DNA of 64,000 nt. It comes from Patescibacteria group bacterium (GTDB lineage Bacteria; Patescibacteriota; Minisyncoccia; Phycocordibacterales; UBA9973). The stretch lies in the NCBI GenBank assembly GCA_028865035.1, contig JAGWLB010000003.1, positions 2,247-66,246 of the forward strand, read 5' to 3'. The notes below the pieces were generated by a model, which was not told where the DNA came from, did not search any database, and saw only the letters and a list, made by a program, of their open reading frames with translations. Made by a program: the position numbers and the translations under genes. Shown here piece by piece: positions 28,300 to 39,129 of this stretch. Each line of letters starts with the position of its first letter. Positions within the stretch are counted from its first letter, which is position 1.

Positions 28300-28743
28300 T
28301 TATTTCCTATATTTACGAGTGCGCCATTTGTCGGCTATCTTTACACGGGTTAGTGAACGTTCAAGTTCTGATTCAAAATGTTCAAAATCAACAATCTCTT
28401 TATTTTCAGCTTGCTTGCTGAGTTCTTCTGCCTTCTGCTTCGCCTTAGCTATCATTTCGTCTGTAATATCTGCAACGTGTTCCGCAAAGTCAGCAAGTAT
28501 AGCGCAAGTGGTCACATCACCATCTTTTTTTACTTCAATAAATCCACCGACGACAGCCATCGGTATGTGTTCACCAGAAGAGATAGCAACAACATCACCA
28601 GATGATAGTTCTGCTATAAGTGGGACATGGTCAGCCAAAACTGATATTTCCCCATTAGCCGTTGGGATAGTCACAGCGTCCACCATCTCATCTAAAATGA
28701 GTTTCTCGGGAGTTATTATTTTTAATTGTAATTGTTTTGACAT
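28300..28743 (-). CDS. atpC: F-ATP synthase epsilon subunit
   Basis: LKIITPEKLILDEMVDAVTIPTANGEISVLADHVPLIAELSSGDV. Last gene of the atp operon. Confidence 0.85.
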   Translation of the reverse strand: MSKQLQLKIITPEKLILDEMVDAVTIPTANGEISVLADHVPLIAELSSGDVVAISSGEHIPMAVVGGFIEVKKDGDVTTCAILADFAEHVADITDEMIAKAKQKAEELSKQAENKEIVDFEHFESELERSLTRVKIADKWRTRKYRK

Positions 28744-28758
28744 TACTATTTTAAAAAA

Positions 28759-30132
<1,374 letters not shown>

Positions 30133-30157
30133 TTAATTGATAATGTTTTAATATTTT

Positions 30158-31093
30158 CTAACTTACGCTTGCCATACCGGCACTTATTTCTGATATCTCT
30201 TGGGTGATGCCTGCTTGGCGGGCTTTGTTGAAGACTAATGTCAAATCTCCAATCATCTCCCCTGCGGCTTCACTAGCATTCTTCATCGCGACCATTCTAG
30301 AAGATTGTTCAGAAGCACTCGACTCAAGAACCATCTGGTAAATCTGCATTCTTGTCAGCTTTTCGGCGAGTGACCCTACGAGGGTGCTTATATCTCCGTC
30401 AAACACATAAGGTATATCTTTCGTAGAATCTTTATCTGGTAGAATTTCATTTTTATTATCTTTTTCTTCACCGATGCTTTCAATTAAATCTTTTAACTCT
30501 TGTTTTGATATTGGTAAAAGTTTTCTAACATTCGCACTTTGCGTTAGGGCTGATATAAAATCCGTATAAGCTACATAGACATGGTTGTATTTACCAGCTT
30601 TGTATTCATCTACTATTAGTTTTGAAAGAGGAACAATATCTTGCAAGGAAATATTATTGTCTGGAATCTCTGTAAACGACGCGATAATATTCTGTCCGAT
30701 TCTACGCATAGCCCCATCTCCTTTTTTGCCGACAGTAACAATATCTATCTCAGTGTCTGCCTTAGTATTGGATAGGTTTTTTATCATTGCTAGAGCTTTC
30801 TTGGTCACCTGGCTATTATAAGCTCCACAAAGACCACCATTTGAAGTTATTAACACGAGTAGAGTCTTATTATGATTAGTATGTTCTGTAAAGAATGGAT
30901 GATAAATATCATCAAGGCGACTAGAAAGCGAGGTCAAAAGTTCCCAAGAATATCCAGCATATAGACGAGACGAAAGAGCTCGAGACACGGCCTTCTTCAT
31001 CTTCGAAGCTGCCACGAGCTCCATCGCTTTCGTGATCTTCTTCGTGTTCTTCACACTCTTTATTCGTTGTTTTATTTCTTTTGTACCTGCCAT
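30158..31093 (-). CDS. atpG: F-ATP synthase gamma subunit
   Basis: MAGTKEIKQRIKSVKNTKKITKAMELVAASKMKKA N-terminus and a conserved C-terminal helix. Confidence 0.9.
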   Translation of the reverse strand: MAGTKEIKQRIKSVKNTKKITKAMELVAASKMKKAVSRALSSRLYAGYSWELLTSLSSRLDDIYHPFFTEHTNHNKTLLVLITSNGGLCGAYNSQVTKKALAMIKNLSNTKADTEIDIVTVGKKGDGAMRRIGQNIIASFTEIPDNNISLQDIVPLSKLIVDEYKAGKYNHVYVAYTDFISALTQSANVRKLLPISKQELKDLIESIGEEKDNKNEILPDKDSTKDIPYVFDGDISTLVGSLAEKLTRMQIYQMVLESSASEQSSRMVAMKNASEAAGEMIGDLTLVFNKARQAGITQEISEISAGMASVS

Positions 31094-31102
31094 AAAAAAT
31101 AT

Positions 31103-32605
31103 TTATTTCACAAACCCAGTTTTAAAATCCTCTATTGCTTTTTTAAGAGAAGCTTCACTTTCATCTGTCCACATTTTCTTTTCAATCACATCTTTGTAGA
31201 AATCTTTAGCATTGAGTTGCGTATATTCAAGAAGTCCATCTTCAAATTCTTTAATTTTTTCAACTGGGACGTCATCAAGATAACCTTTGATAAGTGCATA
31301 GAGAATAACTGTCTGGCGTTCTGTAATGACAGGAGAATATTGAGGTTGCTTTAGAACTTCTACGGCTCTTCTTCCACGATCAAGCTGGCGTTTGGTATTT
31401 TCATCCAAGTCTGAACCAAATTGTGAAAAAGCTTCAAGTTCACGGAACTGAGCAAGGTCAAGCTTGAGTGTACCAGAGACTTTTTTCATAGCTTTAATCT
31501 GTGCAGCTGAACCGACACGAGAAACTGAAAGTCCGACGTTTACCGCAGGGCGAATTCCTTTATAGAATAAATCTGTCTCAAGGAATATTTGTCCGTCTGT
31601 GATAGAAATAACGTTAGTAGGAATATAAGCCGAGACGTCTCCAGCTTGGGTTTCAATAATTGGTAATGCTGTAATAGAGCCACCACCGTATTCTTTATTT
31701 TTTCGGCAAGCACGCTCAAGAAGACGTGAGTGCAAGTAGAAGACATCTCCAGGGTACGCTTCACGACCTGGTGGACGTCGAAGCAATAGTGATATCTCAC
31801 GATAAGCTACAGCATGCTTTGACAAATCATCATAGATAATTAGTACGTCTTTACCTTGATCCATAAAGAATTCAGCAATAGAGACTCCAGTATAAGGAGC
31901 GATATATGCAAGCGCTGCCGGTTCTGAGGCTCCAGCTGAAACAATAATTGTATAATCCATAGCGCCTCCTTCCTCTAAACGAGTTTGAAGTTTACGAAGT
32001 TTAGAATCTTTTTGACCGATTGAAACATAAACACAAATCATATCTTGGCCTTTTTGGTTGAGTATTGTGTCTATAGCGATGGCTGTCTTACCTGTCTGAC
32101 GGTCACCAATGATGAGCTCGCGCTGTCCACGACCAATAGGAATCAGTGCATCGATAGCTTTGATACCAGTCGCGACTGGCTGGTCGACACCTTGACGACT
32201 CATAACCCCAGAAGCCACTTTTTCAATAGGAGCTCTCTTATCTGTCTTTATCTGACCTTTTCCATCAATAGGTTCACCCAGAGCATTCAAGACACGACCT
32301 ATTTGAGCGTCTGATACTGGAACAGAAAGAATATTGCCTGTGGCTTTGACTTCGTCTCCTTCTTTAATAGTATGAAAATCTCCCAGAACAATTACTCCGA
32401 CAGAATCTTCATCGAGGTTCAAGGCTACTCCCATTGCTCCCGTAGAGAAGCTGACCATTTCTGATGCTTTTAAATCTGATAGACCAGAGACTCGAGCAAT
32501 ACCATCAAAAACTTCAACAACGTGGCCAACCTTCTCGGCTTTTATGTCGTCTTGGAATTTTTCAATTTGTTTTCTTAAATTTTCTACAATGTGATTTTTG
32601 GCCAT
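31103..32605 (-). CDS. atpA: F-ATP synthase alpha subunit
   Basis: [15 protein letters not shown] Walker A and conserved alpha-subunit motifs. 500 aa. Confidence 0.95.
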   Translation of the reverse strand: MAKNHIVENLRKQIEKFQDDIKAEKVGHVVEVFDGIARVSGLSDLKASEMVSFSTGAMGVALNLDEDSVGVIVLGDFHTIKEGDEVKATGNILSVPVSDAQIGRVLNALGEPIDGKGQIKTDKRAPIEKVASGVMSRQGVDQPVATGIKAIDALIPIGRGQRELIIGDRQTGKTAIAIDTILNQKGQDMICVYVSIGQKDSKLRKLQTRLEEGGAMDYTIIVSAGASEPAALAYIAPYTGVSIAEFFMDQGKDVLIIYDDLSKHAVAYREISLLLRRPPGREAYPGDVFYLHSRLLERACRKNKEYGGGSITALPIIETQAGDVSAYIPTNVISITDGQIFLETDLFYKGIRPAVNVGLSVSRVGSAAQIKAMKKVSGTLKLDLAQFRELEAFSQFGSDLDENTKRQLDRGRRAVEVLKQPQYSPVITERQTVILYALIKGYLDDVPVEKIKEFEDGLLEYTQLNAKDFYKDVIEKKMWTDESEASLKKAIEDFKTGFVK

Positions 32606-32606
32606 A

Positions 32607-33014
32607 TTAGTTTGTTGTTAAATAATCTTTTAATTTATCAAGCTTGTTTTTTAGTGTCATATCTATTACTTCATCTCCAACCTCTATCTTTATTCCACCA
32701 AGCAAGCTAGGATCTTCTGTAAATGTAAGTTGGACTGATTTTGCTTTATATCTACTTTTTATTATATTTTCTAGATTTTCAGATTCTATCTTGTTTAGTT
32801 TTTCCTTTGAGCTGATTTTAGCTTCGATAATGCCTTCCCTCTTGTCGATTAATTTATCAATAGCTTCCAGTATTTGAGGTGACTTGCCAAGGAGATGTTT
32901 TTTCGAGAGGAGTATCGTGCTGTTTTTTAAAACATCATCAAGATCTTTCCCAGATTTATCTTTGGATGCTTGGTAGATTGCCGAGGCTATGTTGTTAATA
33001 GAAATTGTTGCCAT
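32607..33014 (-). CDS. atpH: F-ATP synthase delta subunit (short form)
   Basis: 135-aa protein between atpF and atpA with an OSCP-like C-terminal region. Confidence 0.6.
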   Translation of the reverse strand: MATISINNIASAIYQASKDKSGKDLDDVLKNSTILLSKKHLLGKSPQILEAIDKLIDKREGIIEAKISSKEKLNKIESENLENIIKSRYKAKSVQLTFTEDPSLLGGIKIEVGDEVIDMTLKNKLDKLKDYLTTN

Positions 33015-33021
33015 GATATTA

Positions 33022-33516
33022 TTACTTTATTTTTTCAATTCGTTTTATTGTATTTTTGTCGTATGAATCATCACCATGAGATTCCAACAATTTTTCAGTA
33101 GCAGCTACAACAAGTGAAACTATCTCATTTTTTGCTTCCTCGACTATTTTAACTTTTTCGGCATCAAGAGCTTTTTTACCGCTTGCAATCATAGACTCTA
33201 CTTCCTGTTGTGTTTTTTCAAGTATATTTTTTTTATTTTCTTCAGCTTCCTTTTTTCCAGATTGAAATACATTGTGAGCTTCAATACGAGCCTTCGCTAT
33301 AACATCGTCATATTCTTTTTTAGTTTTAGCTAAAAGGTTTGCGTTTTGCTTTGCGTCGTCAAGACCATCTTCGATACGCTTTTGTCTTTCGGCCATTAAT
33401 TTTGATAATGGTTTTAAAGCAAAAAAATATAAAACAGCTAAAACGACTCCAAAGTTTATTGCTTGAGCAATTATTATTTTCCAGTCTATATGAAATGTAG
33501 TTATAAGAGAATTCAT
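33022..33516 (-). CDS. atpF: F-ATP synthase subunit b
   Basis: N-terminal TM helix followed by a long charged coiled coil. 164 aa, in the expected operon position. Confidence 0.75.
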   Translation of the reverse strand: MNSLITTFHIDWKIIIAQAINFGVVLAVLYFFALKPLSKLMAERQKRIEDGLDDAKQNANLLAKTKKEYDDVIAKARIEAHNVFQSGKKEAEENKKNILEKTQQEVESMIASGKKALDAEKVKIVEEAKNEIVSLVVAATEKLLESHGDDSYDKNTIKRIEKIK

Positions 33517-33616
33517 TTGAAATATTATTATTATAATTACTTTTTAATATATCAGCACCTAACTCCTAACTGCTAGCATTTTTATACTAGTAGCTAGATG
33601 TAAGTTGCCAATATGG

Positions 33617-33838
<222 letters not shown>

Positions 33839-33865
33839 TTAATTAATTTATAATGTTTCGACTTT

Positions 33866-34747
33866 TTATCCTGCTAAACTTTCTAATTCTCCCTCAAGTT
33901 TTTCAACTGAACTTGATGCATGACCTTCATGCTCGTCGTGATCTTGAGCTGCAATTGTGAAGTATACAAGAACCAAGATTGCAAAAATGAATGCTTGTAT
34001 AGCCCCGACAAATATTTCTAAAAAAAGAAATGGTATCGGTAAACCATATGCAAGCAATGCACTCATAGATAGAAGCAATACTTCACCTGCAAAAACATTA
34101 CCGAATAAACGGAATGAAAGTGAGGCTACTTTTGCAAACTCTCCAATGAGCTCAAGAACTCCTACAAAGAATGTAACAGGAGCAACGACTAATACAGTCG
34201 GATCTTTTCGAATCTTAGCAGGTATACTACCAAGCGCCCTTAGATTAACATATTTATTAAATGTTTTCCAGGCCCCTATAGATACTATGCCAAAAATATT
34301 AGCACCAATAACTCCCATAAGTGATAGCGCTAGTGTAGTATTAATATCTGCCGTACCACTGCGAATAAATGGCACAAATGCTCCTCCATTAATAATCCCA
34401 AAGCCACCGAGCGGGAGTATGCCCACCCAGTTATTTATAAGGACAAATATAAAAATGGCAAACGCCAAAGGGAAAACTTTAATTGTAATTTCCCTACTAT
34501 TAGTTACTTGATCACACAAGGACAAAGCACCTTCATACATAATCTCAAAAAAATTCTGGATGCCTTTGGGTATTTCTTTTAATTTTGAACGAAGTACTGC
34601 AACTATGGCAATGATAATAAAAACAGCAATCCAGCTAGTAAGTAATGAATTTGTAACAGGAAGAGAACCTATGTGAGTAATAGGTTCTGCATAAAGTGTG
34701 ACTTCGTGAGTAACGGGTGCCTGATTTTGATTAATTTGATTTTCCAT
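33866..34747 (-). CDS. atpB: F-ATP synthase subunit a, with an acidic/His-rich C-terminal tail
   Basis: Conserved LSFRLFGNVFAGEVLL with the essential Arg. Likely start MENQINQ at 34747, preceded by AGAGGAAA. The ORF-track start at 34819 is a likely over-extension. Confidence 0.85.
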   Translation of the reverse strand: MENQINQNQAPVTHEVTLYAEPITHIGSLPVTNSLLTSWIAVFIIIAIVAVLRSKLKEIPKGIQNFFEIMYEGALSLCDQVTNSREITIKVFPLAFAIFIFVLINNWVGILPLGGFGIINGGAFVPFIRSGTADINTTLALSLMGVIGANIFGIVSIGAWKTFNKYVNLRALGSIPAKIRKDPTVLVVAPVTFFVGVLELIGEFAKVASLSFRLFGNVFAGEVLLLSMSALLAYGLPIPFLFLEIFVGAIQAFIFAILVLVYFTIAAQDHDEHEGHASSSVEKLEGELESLAG

Positions 34748-35069
34748 TTTCCTCTTTTTTGTTTTCTTGATTATCTTTACCTTCAATTTTTTGAATATAA
34801 GATAAAGACATTTTAACAATTACAGCCATAGATATAATAAAAGCAATAATTGTTGATCCTATAAATATCCATGGAGCAGTACCGAAATGATTGTCTAAAT
34901 ATTTACCAATAAACAATGCAAGTATTATAGGAACTGCAACCCAGACAGAAACTCGAGCGAACATTATGAGTGCTTGCTGCCATGAAGATTGATCTTTTTT
35001 ATTGTTTTGCATAAAAAGAAAGTGGCTCAAAGCCGTGCATACTGTACCAAAAAATTGCGATATTTTCAA
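34731..35069 (-). CDS. atpI: AtpI/AtpZ-like small membrane protein preceding atpB
   Basis: 112 aa with 2-3 TM helices. Placement and size are typical of atpI/atpZ. Overlaps the atpB start. Confidence 0.5.
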   Translation of the reverse strand: MKISQFFGTVCTALSHFLFMQNNKKDQSSWQQALIMFARVSVWVAVPIILALFIGKYLDNHFGTAPWIFIGSTIIAFIISMAVIVKMSLSYIQKIEGKDNQENKKEENGKSN

Positions 35070-35118
35070 GTTTTTGCTATAGTAATCGAGTATTTTGATA
35101 TTTCTTTAAGAATTTAAT

Positions 35119-35190
35119 GCGTGTGTAGTTCAGTGGTAGAACGCTGTCCTGATAAGACAGAGGTCGAAGGTTCGATTCCTTCCACACGCA
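35119..35190 (+). tRNA. tRNA-Ile (anticodon GAT)
   Basis: Manually folded cloverleaf: acceptor GCGTGTG/CACACGC, D-arm GTTC-AGTGGTA-GAAC, anticodon arm CTGTC-CTGATAA-GACAG, variable AGGTC, T-arm GAAGG-TTCGATT-CCTTC, discriminator A. 72 nt, CCA not encoded. Confidence 0.7.
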
Positions 35191-35195
35191 CAAAC

Positions 35196-35228
35196 AAAAA
35201 TCCTCTCAAATAATTGAGAGGATTTTTG
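35196..35228. terminator. Bidirectional rho-independent terminator, serving tRNA-Ile on + and the RRM gene on -
   Basis: tcctctcaa-ataa-ttgagagga hairpin, flanked by A-run and T-run. Confidence 0.7.
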
Positions 35229-35240
35229 AATAGATATAGA

Positions 35241-35534
35241 TTATCTATTTCCACGGAAACCACCTGCTGGTCGCTCTTCCATAGGACGAGCTTCGTTCAC
35301 AGTAAGGTTACGACCTTCGTAATCTTTACCGTCAAACATTGAGATAGCTTTCTCAGCATCGGCATCGTTTTCCATTTCTACGAAACCAAAGCCTTTTGAA
35401 CGGCCGGTCATCTTATCCATAATAATTGTTGCTGATGCAACTGAACCTACAGTCTCAAAGTGAGATTTAAGTTCATCGTTAGTCGTCTTATAAGGAAGAC
35501 CGCCGACATATAACTTTTTTGCCATATATGACAA
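35241..35534 (-). CDS. RRM (RNP-1/RNP-2) domain RNA-binding protein
   Basis: KLYVGGLPY (RNP-2) and KGFGFVEM (RNP-1), with a Gly/Arg-rich C-terminus. About 95 aa. The true start may be the internal MAKKLYVGGL. Confidence 0.8.
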   Translation of the reverse strand: MSYMAKKLYVGGLPYKTTNDELKSHFETVGSVASATIIMDKMTGRSKGFGFVEMENDADAEKAISMFDGKDYEGRNLTVNEARPMEERPAGGFRGNR

Positions 35535-35723
35535 TGTGCTTCTCGTAATAATACTTTCATATTAATTACTCGAAGAAAACTAATTTATAAATGTAATCGT
35601 AAAGCCCGATTTCATTTACATACTCAATGTTTAAACAACGAATATGAAACAATAACCAAAACGTATAACAACTACTGGCCGAAAGTATAACACACATAGG
35701 TTAAGCAAGCAACAAGAATAAAC

Positions 35724-36683
35724 TTATTCATCTTCAGCATCTCCTACCACACCTGCTTGCATTGCTTCTATTATTTTGTTTATATTTCCTTGCATTATAC
35801 TTGGAATATTTGACCAAGATTGTTTAATTCGATGGTCTGTAATTCTGTCTTGTGGGAAGTTGTATGTACGAATTTTCTCACTTCTATCTGCAGTGCCGAT
35901 TTGAGCTTTTCTATCACCTGAATATTTTTTTGCTTCTTCTTCATCTTGAAGCATTTGAAGTTTTGATATTAGTATACTCATAGCTTTTTCACGATTTCCA
36001 AGCTGATTACGTTCGCTAGTTGAACGTACATCTATACCCGTTGGTTTGTGTATTAAGCGAACTGCAGTTTCAACTTTATTCACATTTTGCCCACCAGCAC
36101 CTCCAGAACGTGAATATTCCATATCAAGATCAGCGGGATTAATAACTATTTTACTTTTCTTACGAATTGGAAGTATTGCCACAGACGCTGTTGATGTGTG
36201 TATACGACCATTCTTTTCTGTTACAGGTATACGTTGAACTCTATGCACACCTGTTTCAAAACGAAGAAGTTTGTAAACATCCTTACCTTTTATCTCAAGA
36301 GTATATTCATCTAGATGTCTACAGTTCCAATTATTGTTTTCAGAAAAACGTTCGTACATTGATACAAGTTCAAGTGCAAACAGGGATGCTTCGTCACCAC
36401 CAGCTCCAGCGCGCACTTCCAATACTATTTCATTTGGAAATTCCTCTTCTTCTTTATCAGCTTTTAATATTTCTTCAAGCTGCCTTTCTACAGCTTCTTT
36501 CTGGAAACGAATATTCTCGAGTTCCTCTTCTGCTAAGTCACGTAATGACTCATCTTGCTCCACCATATCATTAACTTTCCTTTCTTCGTTTAAAAGTCTT
36601 TCATACTCAAGTGCATGATAGCTTGTTTTGTGATCTTTTTTTAATTGGTCTAAATCTAAGTTCATAATATTATTATATAGCAA
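35724..36683 (-). CDS. prfA: Peptide chain release factor 1
   Basis: GGQ motif ([20 protein letters not shown]) and a PVT tripeptide ([14 protein letters not shown]), the RF1-type PxT; RF2 would have SPF. 319 aa. Confidence 0.8.
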   Translation of the reverse strand: MLYNNIMNLDLDQLKKDHKTSYHALEYERLLNEERKVNDMVEQDESLRDLAEEELENIRFQKEAVERQLEEILKADKEEEEFPNEIVLEVRAGAGGDEASLFALELVSMYERFSENNNWNCRHLDEYTLEIKGKDVYKLLRFETGVHRVQRIPVTEKNGRIHTSTASVAILPIRKKSKIVINPADLDMEYSRSGGAGGQNVNKVETAVRLIHKPTGIDVRSTSERNQLGNREKAMSILISKLQMLQDEEEAKKYSGDRKAQIGTADRSEKIRTYNFPQDRITDHRIKQSWSNIPSIMQGNINKIIEAMQAGVVGDAEDE

Positions 36684-36729
36684 AAATAAAAAACTAGCTC
36701 TTTTGAGACTAGCTTTCTATTTTGAAAAT

Positions 36730-36942
36730 TTATTTCTTTTTTGCAACTGCAGCACGCTTTTTGAAACGATCAACTCGGCCGGCTGTGTCTAATATCTTAT
36801 CATTACCAGTATAGAATGGATGGCATTGGCTGCATATTTCTATGTTCATTTTATCCATAGTAGAACCAACAGTAAATGAAGCCCCGCATGCGCAAGTTAC
36901 TGGTGTATTGTTGTTATATTTTGGGTGAATATTCTTTTTCAT
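36730..36942 (-). CDS. rpmE: 50S ribosomal protein L31
   Basis: MKKNIHPKY...CxC...C..CHPFYTG. 70 aa, Zn-ribbon type. Confidence 0.85.
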   Translation of the reverse strand: MKKNIHPKYNNNTPVTCACGASFTVGSTMDKMNIEICSQCHPFYTGNDKILDTAGRVDRFKKRAAVAKKK

Positions 36943-36967
36943 ATTGCGTTATATTATCACGATATTG

Positions 36968-38335
36968 TTAGTTTTGCAATGGGTCTATCATTTCAGTCTG
37001 AATATTCTTAACTTTCGCCATAACTTGCCTGCCGTATGCACAAGTAGACCCGCCTGATCCATAATATCTACAAGCAGCTCTAATCTGAGCAGTATAACTA
37101 TCTCCTACTCCACCTAAGTCTTCTAAGAATAATGCTGATGCCATAAATGCGTCTCTTGGATTCCAGGGGTCAGGAGCACTAATATTTAAAGCTTTTGCAA
37201 CACTGCTGCTTATACCATCCCAAGTTGAAGGTATGAATTGTGCCGGTCCCATAGCCCCACCCCAGCTGTATGGTCCAGCTGAAATAATAGGACAAGATAC
37301 TAGTGTTGTAGTAGGGTCACGACCTAGGGCTGTTGTAATTCTTGTGAATGGGCCAATATCTCGACTTGGTTTCATAACATTTTTAAAAGCTCTTCCGCTC
37401 TTTGAACTTACCCCAGCACCTGTTTCCATATTTGTAACATAACAAGAACCTTGATCTGTTCCTAAATTACTTTCTTGTGTAATGATTGCAAGTATAAATG
37501 CTGGTGCTACGTTTGTTATTTTTGAAGCTTCATTTGCGTATGTAAGTGCGATTCCAAAAGGAATTGCTGATGCATCACGAAGATTGAACAGTACTGCTAA
37601 AATTTCTGCCCTACGAGCTGCTTTTTCAGCCAGAACTTCTTGATAAGTTTTTTCTTTGTTTTTGCTTATAGATAATAGTTGCTGCTTAGTTGCTTCATTT
37701 CTTTGAACTTGTTGAGCTGCGGTTTCGAGCTGAACTTTTATATCAGTCTGTTGATTTTTTTGTATCTCTAGACTTTTCTTTTCAGTCTCTGTGCTATTTT
37801 TTGTTTGATTTATTTCATCTACAGAATTTTTGATTGCTAATTTTAGAGAAGCAAATGCATCTATATCTCCATATGCTTGAGACATAGTATCTTGAGATAA
37901 GATAAATTCTACTAGAGATTTATTATCTAATTCTCTGTCTTTACGTATTAACTGAGCCAAAGATTCTTTTTCTGTTTCTATTTTGGTTGTAAGACTTTCA
38001 ATTGTCTGGTTTTTTTGCACAATCTCTCCCCCTAGTTGCTGTATCATTATATTTTTGGCTCTGATATCAAGTTTTGATTTGTTTATTTGTGTAGTGAGTA
38101 TGGCAATATCTCTTGACAATGATACTGATTGACCTTTCTGTGCGTTAAGTTCTTGTTGTTTTTGTGCTATTTCTTGTTCTAAAGTTGCAAGTTCTGATTC
38201 AAGACGTGCTTTATCAGCCTGAGCAATAACTAATGCTTGGTCAGCATGTACCATAGGTATTTGGGATAAAATACCGTTAAACATAAATGCTATTATTATT
38301 ACAAAACAAAATGCATATCTGAAAAATTGTCGCAT
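36968..38335 (-). CDS. Exported coiled-coil protein with a C-terminal lysozyme-like (SLT/GH23-type) domain
   Basis: Signal/TM and a ~250-aa Q/E/K-rich coiled coil. The C-terminal AFILAIITQESNLG...GAMGPAQFIPSTW resembles the lytic transglycosylase catalytic Glu-Ser and GLMQ-x-P-x-TW motifs. Confidence 0.5.
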   Translation of the reverse strand: MRQFFRYAFCFVIIIAFMFNGILSQIPMVHADQALVIAQADKARLESELATLEQEIAQKQQELNAQKGQSVSLSRDIAILTTQINKSKLDIRAKNIMIQQLGGEIVQKNQTIESLTTKIETEKESLAQLIRKDRELDNKSLVEFILSQDTMSQAYGDIDAFASLKLAIKNSVDEINQTKNSTETEKKSLEIQKNQQTDIKVQLETAAQQVQRNEATKQQLLSISKNKEKTYQEVLAEKAARRAEILAVLFNLRDASAIPFGIALTYANEASKITNVAPAFILAIITQESNLGTDQGSCYVTNMETGAGVSSKSGRAFKNVMKPSRDIGPFTRITTALGRDPTTTLVSCPIISAGPYSWGGAMGPAQFIPSTWDGISSSVAKALNISAPDPWNPRDAFMASALFLEDLGGVGDSYTAQIRAACRYYGSGGSTCAYGRQVMAKVKNIQTEMIDPLQN

Positions 38336-38399
38336 TTGCCTATTATATCACATATAAAAAACTCTTCATCAATTATAATGAAGAGTTTTTTATATAATA

Positions 38400-39077
38400 T
38401 TATTTTGATTCAGAGTTTGTAGAACCAGATACCTCATCTGCTTCTGTGTCTTTTTTACCTTTCTTTTCTACTTCGATTGCTGAGATATCTGCTGGAGCTT
38501 CTTCAACTTCTTCTTTTACTGCAGATATAAGAGCCACAACTTCTAGGCCATCAGTTAAAATTTTTACACCTTTTACCGGTTGTATATCTTTAACATGTAT
38601 TTGATCGCCTAAAGCTATAAGAGATGTAACATCAGCACTTATACTATGTGGTAAATCTTTTGGTAAAGCTTCAATCTCTATCTCATGAAGTACTTTAACT
38701 AGAACACCTAATCCATTCTTTTCTGCTGGTGCAACACCTGTAAATTCTATAGGTACTGTTACTTCTACAGGTTTATCCATATCAATAGCCAAGAAATCAA
38801 TATGAATAGGAAACCCTTTCACTGGATCAACTTGTACTTCGTGTATTAGTACATTCGTCTTTGTAACTTTTTCTTTACCTTCTGTATCTTCTAATTCAAG
38901 TATAATTGTACTTGATTCACCTGCCTCTTTAAATATTTTCTCAAAACTCACACCGGGGACATATATTGGTGTGTTTTTGATTAGAGCGCCATAGACTACA
39001 GCCGGAATCATACCGTTAGATCGTATAGATACAAGCTTGTCTGCCTTACTTCGCTTTGTTGCTTTTAATGTTTGCAT
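38400..39077 (-). CDS. rplY: 50S ribosomal protein L25 / general stress protein Ctc
   Basis: Likely start MQTLKATKR.... Has the RSNGMIPAVVYG motif and an acidic C-terminal extension typical of the Ctc form. The ORF-track start at 39113 is a likely over-extension. Confidence 0.8.
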   Translation of the reverse strand: MQTLKATKRSKADKLVSIRSNGMIPAVVYGALIKNTPIYVPGVSFEKIFKEAGESSTIILELEDTEGKEKVTKTNVLIHEVQVDPVKGFPIHIDFLAIDMDKPVEVTVPIEFTGVAPAEKNGLGVLVKVLHEIEIEALPKDLPHSISADVTSLIALGDQIHVKDIQPVKGVKILTDGLEVVALISAVKEEVEEAPADISAIEVEKKGKKDTEADEVSGSTNSESK

Positions 39078-39129
39078 AAATGCGATATTAACACAAAAAA
39101 TGTTTTGGAGCAAATATTAAAATTATAAT

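Noticed and set aside
35119-35190. Alternative identity of the first tRNA as Asp or Gly, because the D-arm resembles those
   Set aside because: The 7-nt anticodon loop reads CTGATAA with a clean 5-bp stem, so the anticodon is GAT (Ile).
35724-36683. Possibility of an alternative genetic code (UGA=Gly, code 25), given the CPR-like features and only RF1 seen
   Set aside because: All conserved genes are full-length under the standard code, with no in-frame TGA needed. prfB may simply lie outside the window.
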